Source: Candidatus Brockarchaeota archaeon
Lineage (GTDB): Archaea; Thermoproteota; EX4484-205; JAAOZP01
DNA length: 64,000 nt
Assembly (NCBI GenBank): GCA_017601245.1
Contig: JAFNJB010000053.1
Location: forward strand, 16,501-80,500
Direction of reading: 5' to 3'
Shown here: piece by piece, positions 9,998 to 18,791 of the stretch
Layout of the letters: each line of letters starts with the position of its first letter
Numbering within the stretch: the stretch's first letter is position 1
The notes under the pieces: generated by a model
What the model saw: only the letters and a program-made list of their open reading frames with translations
Told to the model about the DNA's origin: nothing
The model's database searches: none
Program-made: the position numbers and the translations under genes

Positions 9998-10682
9998 TCC
10001 TCCTGCTCGTCACGAATGAGGCGAGCTCTTTCCTCTTAGATTCCGAATGCGGCTTACCCTTAACATACAATGCGCCAACTGGGCAGACAGCAGAGCATTT
10101 CCCACAGGATGTGCATGATTCAGCAAAGCCCCATTTATCGTTTAGGTCGAAAATAACCTTGGAATTCTTCCCTCTAAGCATGAGGTCTATCGTATGCACG
10201 CCTTCAATCTCATCACAAATCCTTATGCAACGCGTGCAAAGTATGCATCTATTTGGATCGTAGGCGAACCTCTCATGTGTAAGGTCTAATTCATAATTGG
10301 TCCACTCTCTTTCAACCCTGAGGTGGTCAACTCCAAGATCGGTTGCGAGCTGCTGGAGTTCACAACTTCCGTTGGCTACGCAGACCGAGCAGACATGGGG
10401 TCTTTCCGATAGTAGTAACTCTACAGCCCACTTCCGATAGCGCTTAAGCCTTTCCGAATTTGTAATAATCTCCATCCCCTCCGCAACTGGCGTCACGCAG
10501 GATGCGAATACTCTTGGCGAGCCCTTTATCTCAACGAGGCAGACCCTACATCCTCCGAATGATGAAACCCCTTCGAGATAGCATAATGCTGGGATGTATA
10601 TGTTGTTTTCCCTAGCAACCTTAAGTATGGTATCGCCTTCTTTAGCAGTAACCTTCTTACCATCTATAGTGAGCTCTATCAT
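9978..10682 (-). CDS. hoxU: NuoG/HoxU-like iron-sulfur diaphorase subunit
   Basis: The N-terminal 2Fe-2S ferredoxin-like region (IELTIDGKKV...CYLEGVSSFGGCRVCLVEI) and 4Fe-4S CxxCxxC motifs are present. The likely start is the ATG at 10680-10682 (MIELTIDG), 2 nt after the hoxF stop. The ORF-track start at 10760 is probably too far upstream. Confidence 0.8.
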   Translation of the reverse strand: MIELTIDGKKVTAKEGDTILKVARENNIYIPALCYLEGVSSFGGCRVCLVEIKGSPRVFASCVTPVAEGMEIITNSERLKRYRKWAVELLLSERPHVCSVCVANGSCELQQLATDLGVDHLRVEREWTNYELDLTHERFAYDPNRCILCTRCIRICDEIEGVHTIDLMLRGKNSKVIFDLNDKWGFAESCTSCGKCSAVCPVGALYVKGKPHSESKRKELASFVTSRRSEKTIG

Positions 10683-10683
10683 T

Positions 10684-12336
10684 TTACTCGCCTCCCACAC
10701 CTCCGCCATTCTTAAAACACTTTCCCGCACTACACTTTTTCTCAAGGATGTGTGCAACATACTCGTCTCTGAAATACCTTAGCGTAGTAAGAGTTGGATT
10801 GGGCGCTGTCTGACCAAGGCCGCATAAACTAGCCTCCTTAATGAATTCGCAGAGCTCTTCAACTTTCTGAAGGTCTTCCAAAGACCCTTCTCCTCGCGTA
10901 AAGCCGTCTAGAATCTTATAGAGTTTGTAAAGCCCTACTCTACACGGTACACATTTTCCACAGGACTCGTCTACACAGAATTCCGTGAAGAACTTAGCCG
11001 TATCCACCATGCAGGAAGTATCGTCTAGAACAACTATACCCCCGGAGCCCATTATCGCACCGGCCTTAGTTAGAGACTCGTAGTCTATTGGAAGATCCAA
11101 CAGCTGTTCTGGTAAGAAGCCTCCAGATGGCCCACCAACCTGGACTGCCTTAAAACGCCTACCGGGTGGAACTCCTCCTCCTATCTCGAAAACAACTTCT
11201 CTAAGCGTTATGCCCATCGGGACTTCGATTAACCCCGGATTGTTAACCTTCCCGGTTAAGGAAAAGCATTTGGTGCCAGTGCAGTTTTTAGCTCCTATGC
11301 TTGCAAACCATTCACTGCCCTTAAGTAATATGACTGGAATATTTGCGAGTGTTTCAACATTGTTTATCAGCGTTGGCTTACCCCATAGGCCTGATTGCGC
11401 TGGGTAAGGTGGTCTAGGCCTAGGCATTGCCCTACGCCCCTCGATTGAAGCGAGTATTGCCGTCTCCTCACCTGCTACGAATGCCCCCGCTCCCAGCCTC
11501 AGCTCGATGTCGAAGCTGAATGCTGTTTCGAAAATCTTCTCTCCCAATAATCCCATTGACCTTGCTGCTTCAATAGCTTTCTTCAAAGTCTCAACAGCTA
11601 GCGGGTATTCGCTACGCACGTAGATGTAGCCCTTACTCGCACCCACAGCATATGCGGCTATGGCCATTCCTTCTATTATTGCATGCGGATCTGCCTCCGC
11701 CAGGGTACGGTTTGCAAAAACACCCGGATCACCCTCGTCAAGGTTAGCTATTACGTATTTCGGAGAACCCGTTGCCCTTGCAACGTATCTCCATTTAAGC
11801 CCTGTTAGAAATCCTGCTCCCCCTCTCCCCTTTAACCCGCTTAAAGCAACTTCTTCTATAACCCCTTCGGGAGTCATCCTCGTTAAGGCTTTTAGAAGAG
11901 CGTAATATCCTCCCACAGCAATATAATCCTCTATTCTCAAGGGATCTATCTTACCAGCGTTTCTCAAAACTATTCTAAGCTGCTTCTTAAAATACGCCTC
12001 GTTGCCGTACAACATGCTTTTAACAGGCCTGCCGTTAACGATATGCTCTTTAACAATCTCCTTAGCCCTATCTGGAGTAACGTTCTGATATAGATAGTCG
12101 CCTGGCTCTATTAAGACCGCAGGGGCTATTGAACATGTTCCTATGCAGCCTGTTCTGGCTACGTAACACTCTCCTTCAACTCCAAACTCCTTTACAGCAT
12201 CCTTGAACGCGCTCAATACTTTAAGTGCTCCGAATGGCATGCAACCGCTTGAACAGCAGACGTTTATCCTGTACCTGTAGGATTTGCGTGCTTCAGCCTC
12301 TTTTTGGGCTAGGCTACGTAATTCATCAGGCTTCAA
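10684..12336 (-). CDS. hoxF: NuoF/HoxF-like NAD(P)H-binding FMN iron-sulfur diaphorase subunit
   Basis: 550 aa with an N-terminal thioredoxin-like 2Fe-2S domain, a GGAGF glycine-rich NADH site, FMN-site residues, and the C-terminal 4Fe-4S motif ESCGKCVPCR. Confidence 0.85.
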   Translation of the reverse strand: MKPDELRSLAQKEAEARKSYRYRINVCCSSGCMPFGALKVLSAFKDAVKEFGVEGECYVARTGCIGTCSIAPAVLIEPGDYLYQNVTPDRAKEIVKEHIVNGRPVKSMLYGNEAYFKKQLRIVLRNAGKIDPLRIEDYIAVGGYYALLKALTRMTPEGVIEEVALSGLKGRGGAGFLTGLKWRYVARATGSPKYVIANLDEGDPGVFANRTLAEADPHAIIEGMAIAAYAVGASKGYIYVRSEYPLAVETLKKAIEAARSMGLLGEKIFETAFSFDIELRLGAGAFVAGEETAILASIEGRRAMPRPRPPYPAQSGLWGKPTLINNVETLANIPVILLKGSEWFASIGAKNCTGTKCFSLTGKVNNPGLIEVPMGITLREVVFEIGGGVPPGRRFKAVQVGGPSGGFLPEQLLDLPIDYESLTKAGAIMGSGGIVVLDDTSCMVDTAKFFTEFCVDESCGKCVPCRVGLYKLYKILDGFTRGEGSLEDLQKVEELCEFIKEASLCGLGQTAPNPTLTTLRYFRDEYVAHILEKKCSAGKCFKNGGGVGGE

Positions 12337-12842
12337 TCCTTCTCAGCCTCCATAATGGCTCTAATCTTCTTCAAAACAACTTCCGGCGTGGCTTTTCCAA
12401 TAGTTTCTCCGTCTACAATGGCGTTAGGAGCCATTGCACACGCCCCTATGCACCTGGTTACGAAAAGAGAAAGCTTCCCATCCGCGGTTGTCCCGCCTCT
12501 CTTAACGTTAAACTCTCTCTCTACTGCTAAAACGAGGTCTTCAGCACCCTTAACGTAACACGCTGTGCCCATGCATACTGTGACAACATGCGTACCCGGC
12601 TTTTTCAACTTGAAAAGATTGTAAAACGTTGCTACTCCATAAACATGGCTTGGCGGTAACCTTAGAAGCTTAGAAATATGGATCAAGAGGTCCCTGTCTA
12701 AATAACCGTAGAGTTCTTGAGCTGTATGGAGTACTTCAAGTAGAGCATCCTTCCTATACTGGTACTTCCTAATAGCTGCTTCAAGAAGCATTAAACGCCT
12801 GTCTGCCTTTAAACCGGCCTGTTGAGCTCCAGCATCAGGCAT
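12333..12842 (-). CDS. hoxE: NuoE/HoxE-like thioredoxin-fold 2Fe-2S subunit
   Basis: 169 aa with CMGTACYVKGA...CIGACAMAP, the NuoE 2Fe-2S cysteine pattern. A 4-nt overlap with hoxF follows. Confidence 0.85.
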   Translation of the reverse strand: MPDAGAQQAGLKADRRLMLLEAAIRKYQYRKDALLEVLHTAQELYGYLDRDLLIHISKLLRLPPSHVYGVATFYNLFKLKKPGTHVVTVCMGTACYVKGAEDLVLAVEREFNVKRGGTTADGKLSLFVTRCIGACAMAPNAIVDGETIGKATPEVVLKKIRAIMEAEKD

Positions 12843-12998
12843 TTCACAGCCCTCAGTTTCAATGATTAACTATATTTAAGAATTTGCTTTTCCGCGTTTT
12901 ATAAACTGAGATTCTGCTTACTATAGTACAGTGTTAAAGCTCTCTCCTCATCCACAAAAGGTTTATAAAAAGATGGAAACGAGCCATCGGGTTAGAAA
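12843..12998. promoter_or_regulatory. divergent promoter region between hoxE (minus) and hydB (plus), with TATA-like boxes
   Basis: A TTTATAAAAA box lies about 30 nt upstream of the hydB ATG (~12962-12971). TTAACTATATTTAAG (12867-12880; on the minus strand, CTTAAATATAGTTAA) lies about 30 nt upstream of the hoxE start. A further TTTTATAAA sits at ~12897-12905. Confidence 0.5.
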
Positions 12999-14027
12999 AT
13001 GGCTTTTGTGCTGAAGAAGGAGGAACTTCCCCACTTCTCTAAGCACATAATCTCCAAGGAATATGGTCTTTTCGCACCCGTTAGGAAAGAGGCTCGAAGC
13101 ATATTCAAAAGAATAGACGAGAATCAGGTTGGCGAGGTTTCTCTAGATTACATTAGGACTATCATGCCTCCTCTTAAAAGTCTCCTAATTCCTCCTAAAG
13201 AGACACTTCTGAAGATTAAAGACGGAAAGATCGAAGAAATGCTTCCGGGTCCTGAGAATAAGACTGCGATACTGGGTGTTCATCCATGTGATGTAAACGC
13301 AATGAATCTCTTGGAGAGAGTATATATGGATCGTCCCAAAGACCCCTATTTCGAAGCCAGGAGGAAGAACCTTATAATAATAGCTTTGAACTGTAGTAGT
13401 GCTGACGAGAAATGTTTCTGCACGTCATTTGGAACAGGCCCTTCTCTAGAAGAGGGCTTCGACCTAATACTTACCGACTTGGGCGATAGGTTTCTGGTTG
13501 AAGTAGGGTCGAGGAAGGGTTCAGAACTAATAGGAGACTTCTACATGCCAAAGGCTTCGAGCACAGACCTTATGGAAAAGGATGAAACAATAAGGAGGGT
13601 AAAAGGAATGATAAGGAGACATGTTAATACAGCTGGGCTCCAAAGGATAATGACCGGGGCGCTTTACAATCCTATTTGGAATGAGCTTGCAGATAGATGC
13701 ACGGGTTGCGGTGCCTGCAACATGGTTTGTCCAACGTGCTTCTGCTTCAACGTTATCGACGAGCCCGAGCTGGATTCAGGTAGCGTTTTAAGATCAAGGA
13801 CATGGGACGGTTGCCTCCTTTGGGAATACGCTGAAGTAGCATTGGGCGGGAACTTTAGAAAAGACCTCTCAGCTAGGATAAGGCAATTCGTAAACCATAA
13901 GATGAATTATTGGCTTAACCAGTATGGCGCATTGGGATGCGTAGGTTGCGGTAGATGCATAGAACAGTGTCCAGCGAAGATAGATATTACCAGTATAGTT
14001 GCTAGATTGAGAGGTGAGCTATTATGA
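12999..14027 (+). CDS. hydB: sulfhydrogenase beta subunit (HydB-like 4Fe-4S protein)
   Basis: Two ferredoxin-type motifs (CTGCGACNMVCPTC and CVGCGRCIEQCP). It is the first gene of a four-gene operon with 4-nt overlaps. Confidence 0.8.
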   Translation: MAFVLKKEELPHFSKHIISKEYGLFAPVRKEARSIFKRIDENQVGEVSLDYIRTIMPPLKSLLIPPKETLLKIKDGKIEEMLPGPENKTAILGVHPCDVNAMNLLERVYMDRPKDPYFEARRKNLIIIALNCSSADEKCFCTSFGTGPSLEEGFDLILTDLGDRFLVEVGSRKGSELIGDFYMPKASSTDLMEKDETIRRVKGMIRRHVNTAGLQRIMTGALYNPIWNELADRCTGCGACNMVCPTCFCFNVIDEPELDSGSVLRSRTWDGCLLWEYAEVALGGNFRKDLSARIRQFVNHKMNYWLNQYGALGCVGCGRCIEQCPAKIDITSIVARLRGELL

Positions 14028-14863
14028 GTAATGAATCTGAAAACCCGTATCTACCCGCCTTCGCGAAAGTAGTGGAGATTAGAGATGAGAATTCTACGAC
14101 TAAGACTTTTAAACTAAGGATGTTAAACAATAAAGCATTGAGGTTTAGACCTGGGCAATTCGACATAATATCTTACTTCGGCGTCGGAGAATCGGCATTC
14201 TCAATCTCCTCAAGCCCTGAGGAGAAGGATGTTTTCGAAAACACCATTAGGAAGGTTGGCAGAGTAACTACTGCGCTCTTTAACGTGAAGCCCGGTGACA
14301 TACTTGGAGTCAGAGGGCCATACGGCAAGCCTTGGCCTCTTGAAAGAGTGATGGGGAGCGACCTTATAATAATAGCTGGAGGAATGGGGCTGGCCCCTTT
14401 GAGACCAGTAATACACTATATTGCTAAACATAGGGATCTCTACGGTTCTGTCGACATTCTTTACGGGGCGAGGACTCCGGGAGACATGATATTCACTTAT
14501 GAGTTTGATTCTTGGAGGAATATTCCAAATACTCGTCTTTACCTGACTGTCGACTATGTTCCACCGAATACGAAGTGGGAGTATGATGTTGGTGTTGTAA
14601 CCGAGCTTTTGAAATATGTTAAACCGAGGATGCGTGATACTAACGTTTTTGTCTGCGGTCCAGAGGTCATGATGAAGTTCACTGCTCAATTGCTACTTAG
14701 AATGGGCTTCTACCCTTCAGAGATATTCCTCTCTTTAGAAAGGAGAATGAAATGTGGAATAGGGAAATGTGGACATTGTCAAATAGGATACAAGTATGTT
14801 TGCAAGGATGGTCCAGTATTCAATCTAGAGGAGATAGGGCTTCTCCCAGATGTTATTGAGTGA
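14024..14863 (+). CDS. hydG: sulfhydrogenase gamma subunit (HydG-like; ferredoxin-NADP reductase/PyrK-like with a C-terminal 2Fe-2S)
   Basis: An FAD/NAD-binding FNR-like fold (RFRPGQFDII, GGMGLAPL) plus a C-terminal CGIGKCGHCQ...C cluster motif, in 279 aa. Confidence 0.8.
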   Translation: MSNESENPYLPAFAKVVEIRDENSTTKTFKLRMLNNKALRFRPGQFDIISYFGVGESAFSISSSPEEKDVFENTIRKVGRVTTALFNVKPGDILGVRGPYGKPWPLERVMGSDLIIIAGGMGLAPLRPVIHYIAKHRDLYGSVDILYGARTPGDMIFTYEFDSWRNIPNTRLYLTVDYVPPNTKWEYDVGVVTELLKYVKPRMRDTNVFVCGPEVMMKFTAQLLLRMGFYPSEIFLSLERRMKCGIGKCGHCQIGYKYVCKDGPVFNLEEIGLLPDVIE

Positions 14864-14871
14864 GGTGTTGA

Positions 14872-15627
14872 ATGATGAATGGTAAATTGAAGGTCGGTGT
14901 ATTTAAACTCGCATCGTGTTCAGGTTGCCAAATGGTCTTAGTTCATCTAGAGGAAAGCCTATTAGAAGTATTGAAATACGTTGAATTAAAATATTTCAGA
15001 ATGGTTAGTGACGATGATCTTCCAAATGAACCCTTAGATGTGGCTATTGTTGAAGGAGCAGTAACTAATGAGGAGGAGGGGATTATGATTAAGAAGATAA
15101 GGAAAATGTCTAGGTTTCTTATTGCAGCAGGCGCATGCGCAGCCACAGGAGGATTGAATGCCATTAAGAACACCACTCCGGAGGGTGAAGTAGAGAGTAC
15201 AGTTTATTCCTCTCCTGAATACATAAGGTCTGGGAAAGCATTCGGCTTAAACGAATATGTTAACGTCGATGCATACTTATACGGCTGTCCAATAGATGGG
15301 AGGGAGTTGATCAATACGTTGATGTCGCTCGCCATACGCGTCCCACCCTACATACCTGGCATCACAGTCTGTATGGAGTGTAAGATGAACGGTAACGAAT
15401 GCATATTCCTAACAAGAGGAGAGCCGTGCCTCGGACCTGTTACGGTAGGAGGTTGTAATGCACTATGTCCTTCAAATGGTGTAACATGCGAAGGCTGTAG
15501 AGGTGTCTTGAAAGGGACTAATCCCAAGGGCTTGGAACTGGCTTGGACTAATGCGGGTGTTAGCCCAGATTTAATACGTTTAAAGCTGAGAAAATATAGT
15601 GATGTCTACAAGCTTTTGACGAGGTGA
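14872..15627 (+). CDS. hydD: [NiFe]-hydrogenase small subunit (HydD / delta-like)
   Basis: VGVFKLASCSGCQM is the proximal Fe-S motif. 251 aa with additional Cys motifs for the medial and distal clusters. Confidence 0.85.
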   Translation: MMNGKLKVGVFKLASCSGCQMVLVHLEESLLEVLKYVELKYFRMVSDDDLPNEPLDVAIVEGAVTNEEEGIMIKKIRKMSRFLIAAGACAATGGLNAIKNTTPEGEVESTVYSSPEYIRSGKAFGLNEYVNVDAYLYGCPIDGRELINTLMSLAIRVPPYIPGITVCMECKMNGNECIFLTRGEPCLGPVTVGGCNALCPSNGVTCEGCRGVLKGTNPKGLELAWTNAGVSPDLIRLKLRKYSDVYKLLTR

Positions 15628-16919
15628 TTAATATGGTTGATAGGACAATAGTTTATGATTACATAAGCAGGGTTGAGGGACAGGGATCTCTGGAAGTTAC
15701 CATTTCAAACGGTGAAGTAAAGGATGCAAAACTCCAGATATTTGAAGCTCCAAGGTTTTTCGAAGCTTTTCTAAGAGGTAGGAGGGCTCTTGAACTTCCC
15801 GAGTTGACTTCAAGAATATGTGGCATATGCCCAATTGCGCACGCCATAACGGCGGCTAAGGCTGTAGAAAATGCTCTCGAAATATCATTGGATGAGAGGA
15901 CTGTAGCATTAAGGAAGGCGCTAGCCCTATCGGGGATGATGCAGAGTCATGCTCTTCACATATACTTCCTTGCAGCACCAGACTACCTCGGCTATCCGAG
16001 TGCGATCGCAGCCTCTAAAGATTTATTGGATGTTGTGAAAAGAGGATTCAGGCTAAAGAGAATAGCAAACATGGTTTCTGAATATATAGGTGGAAGAGTA
16101 GTACACCCCGTCACGCTTACCGTAGGAGGCTTTACGAGGAGTCCGCCTGCTGAAAAACTTGACGAGATTATTAAAGCCTTAGATTCTTCTCTTCAAGATG
16201 CTTTTGAAACAATTTCTCTCGTTTCAAACTTCAAATATCCAGAATTCGAATCAGACCATATTAATATTGCGCTTTCAAACAAAGGAGAGTATGCTGTAAC
16301 CGAGGGGGTTGCTAAAACAAGCTCTGGGGAATATTTCGATGGTAGAGATTACAGGAAGTATGTGAATGAAGAGCAAGTTCCATATTCAAATACTAAAAGG
16401 TCGATTTTTCGCGGAGGAAGCTCCTTTGAAGTAGGTCCTGTTGCGCGCTTTAACCTCAACTATGACTTCTTATGCGACACAGCTAAGGAGGCTGCTGAGA
16501 AATCCGGCGTAAGGCCTCCTCTTAAAAACCCGTTTAAATCCACAATAATAAGGGCAATAGAGATAATTCAGGCAATAGAGGAGATGAAGAGCATACTTAA
16601 AGAGGGTGTAAACGTTCCTCCCCCCCAGAAACCAAAGCTCCGTCAAGGTATGGGGGCTGCTTTAACGGAGGCTCCTCGAGGGCTCTTGTATCACTCTTAT
16701 ATCCTGGACAAGGAGGGTAGGGTTTCAAAGGCGGACATAGTGACTCCGACTGCTCACAATTCTTGGAGAATAGAGAGGGACGTTTACGAACTAGTTCCTT
16801 CAATAGCTCACTTAGATGACAATTCCCTCAGAAGCCTCCTAGGCATGCTTGTAAGGTCCTACGACCCCTGCATCTCCTGCTCTGTCCACGCTTTCACTGT
16901 AAGGCTCATAAGGGAGTAG
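15624..16919 (+). CDS. hydA: [NiFe]-hydrogenase large subunit (HydA / alpha-like, group 3b-type)
   Basis: RICGICPIAH near the N terminus and DPCISCSVHA at the C terminus. 431 aa. Confidence 0.9.
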   Translation: MINMVDRTIVYDYISRVEGQGSLEVTISNGEVKDAKLQIFEAPRFFEAFLRGRRALELPELTSRICGICPIAHAITAAKAVENALEISLDERTVALRKALALSGMMQSHALHIYFLAAPDYLGYPSAIAASKDLLDVVKRGFRLKRIANMVSEYIGGRVVHPVTLTVGGFTRSPPAEKLDEIIKALDSSLQDAFETISLVSNFKYPEFESDHINIALSNKGEYAVTEGVAKTSSGEYFDGRDYRKYVNEEQVPYSNTKRSIFRGGSSFEVGPVARFNLNYDFLCDTAKEAAEKSGVRPPLKNPFKSTIIRAIEIIQAIEEMKSILKEGVNVPPPQKPKLRQGMGAALTEAPRGLLYHSYILDKEGRVSKADIVTPTAHNSWRIERDVYELVPSIAHLDDNSLRSLLGMLVRSYDPCISCSVHAFTVRLIRE

Positions 16920-17462
16920 ATAATCCTGTTCAATCGCAACGTCTTTTAAAACCCCTGAGTTTATCACAGCCTCAAGTATGGCTTTAACAACTCCATTAAC
17001 TGCCTTGAGACACTCGCCTGAAACTTTTTCGCCTAAATCGAATTTCTCAACGCCTATTCCGAGAATTTTTATATCCGTCTCTAAGGGTTTTCCAAAAGCC
17101 TCTAAGAGTAACGGAATAGGTATATCGTGCGTAGAGGCGGGTACGTAAGAATCCAGGTCTGTTGGATCTAGAATTGCCAACCTCTCTCCATTGGGGAAGG
17201 CGTCTACGATTAGAAGATGCGAGGGGTTCTTCTCAAAAGCGTAATCGATACATGAGTCGATTGAAGCCCCACATTCAATAGCTTCAAATTTTTCACTGTT
17301 GAAAGGCTTCAAGGCTCTGGCTACGAGTAGGCCAGCAGCATCATCGCTTCTCAACTCATTACCAATGCCTAAAATTATGAAAAGCCTTGCACCAATCAAC
17401 CATTTTTTTAGAAAACTCTGTAATTCTTCAATCGAACAGTAATACACGTCCGTTTTTAACAT
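16839..17462 (-). CDS. hydrogenase maturation endopeptidase (HycI/HybD family)
   Basis: ILGIGNELRSDDAAG matches the GxGNxxxxDDGxG protease motif. The ORF carries about 20 extra N-terminal aa, so the true start is uncertain. Its 3' end overlaps the hydA 3' end convergently by 81 nt. Confidence 0.75.
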   Translation of the reverse strand: MLKTDVYYCSIEELQSFLKKWLIGARLFIILGIGNELRSDDAAGLLVARALKPFNSEKFEAIECGASIDSCIDYAFEKNPSHLLIVDAFPNGERLAILDPTDLDSYVPASTHDIPIPLLLEAFGKPLETDIKILGIGVEKFDLGEKVSGECLKAVNGVVKAILEAVINSGVLKDVAIEQDYLLPYEPYSESVDRAGDAGVVGPYKHA

Positions 17463-17560
17463 TCGACATTTAAAAACATTTTGAAAATAATTTTGGAAAG
17501 AGGGAATACTAGCAGGTTGTTAGAGGGTAAAAGATATATACGTTCTTACGATTTCCTAGA

Positions 17561-17845
17561 TTGATAGAGTTGAGTGAGGAAAAGATTTACGTGGGGGATG
17601 TGAGGCATTTCTTTTCGAGGATTAGCGTTGCAGTAATCGACCTTATCGGAGAACTTAAAGTTGGCGATGAGATACTTATCCAGGGTAAGACGACCAATTT
17701 AAGACAAAGGGTTGATTCTATGGAGATAGAGCACAAGAAGGTTGAAGTGGCTCCGCCGGGGAGCTCCATAGGCTTAAAAACCGTCGACAGGGTTAGAGAG
17801 GGTGATAGGGTATACGTTATTAGGGTTTCAAGCCAAGCTCCCTAA
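17561..17845 (+). CDS. small beta-barrel protein resembling EF-Tu domain II (stand-alone)
   Basis: GELKVGDEILIQGKT...VDSMEIEHKKVEVAPPGSSIGLKTVDRVREGDRVYV follows the GTP_EFTU_D2 pattern, in 94 aa. Confidence 0.4.
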   Translation: MIELSEEKIYVGDVRHFFSRISVAVIDLIGELKVGDEILIQGKTTNLRQRVDSMEIEHKKVEVAPPGSSIGLKTVDRVREGDRVYVIRVSSQAP

Positions 17846-18791
17846 GCCTTGCTTCAATACTTAGCTTAACAGCCTCCCTGCTATTATACTTCGGCCTCCA
17901 TCCCGTTGCCTTAATCTTACTTATATCCAGGTTCATCAGCTTAACGTCGCCAACCCATCCTCTACCACCCTCCACGCCCCCGGTGAAAACCTTCTCAACG
18001 CCTCTTAGACCCATTGACTCTATTGTCATGTCGGCTATTTCAGATACGGTGATCCAGTCTTCTGAACCTATATTATAGATCTCGTAACAGAGGTCTCCGA
18101 AACTTTTTAAAACATGCATCATGGCTTCAATACAGTCTTCAATCCAAACGTAAGACTTCCTCTGAGTACCGTCTCCGAGTATTTCAAGCCTCTTCGGATT
18201 CTCCATAAGCTTGTTTATGAAATCGTATATTACACCGTGGGTAAGCCTAGGGCCAACGATGTTAGCAAGCCTAAAGGAGACTCCTCTCATCCCAAAAGTA
18301 TAGCAGTAGGAAGAGACCAGGCTTTCAGCGGCGAGTTTAGCCGCACCGTATAGGGATATTGGTTTCAACGGCCCATAGTCTTCGGGTGTTGGGAGTTTCA
18401 AAGCATCCCCATAGACTGTTGAAGAAGATGCGAAAACGAAGAATTTCGCTTTAATCTTCCTAGCGTATTCGAGAATGTTGAAAGTCGCAGCAATGTTTTC
18501 CTGGAAATGTACCGATGGTGTTGTTTCCCTAACATCCGGGTTGGCAGCCATGTGGAAAATATAATCGACGCTTTCCAATTCCCCTGTTAGGTCGATAGTC
18601 TTAGCATCTCCAATTATTATCTTGAGTTTACCGGTTTCAAAAGCCTGTTTAATATTATCAAAACTGCCCGTTGAGAAGTTGTCTAAAACGGCTACTTCCC
18701 AACCTTCCTTTAAAAGCCTGTCTACTAAATGGCTTCCGATGAATCCTGCGCCTCCAGTTACCAGTGCAGAAGGCAAAATAATCCACCTCAA
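17820..18791 (-). CDS. NAD-dependent sugar epimerase/dehydratase (UDP-glucose 4-epimerase-like)
   Basis: TGGAGFIGSHLVDRLL Rossmann motif and catalytic YGAAK (YxxxK), in 323 aa. Confidence 0.85.
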   Translation of the reverse strand: MRWIILPSALVTGGAGFIGSHLVDRLLKEGWEVAVLDNFSTGSFDNIKQAFETGKLKIIIGDAKTIDLTGELESVDYIFHMAANPDVRETTPSVHFQENIAATFNILEYARKIKAKFFVFASSSTVYGDALKLPTPEDYGPLKPISLYGAAKLAAESLVSSYCYTFGMRGVSFRLANIVGPRLTHGVIYDFINKLMENPKRLEILGDGTQRKSYVWIEDCIEAMMHVLKSFGDLCYEIYNIGSEDWITVSEIADMTIESMGLRGVEKVFTGGVEGGRGWVGDVKLMNLDISKIKATGWRPKYNSREAVKLSIEARLRELGLKP

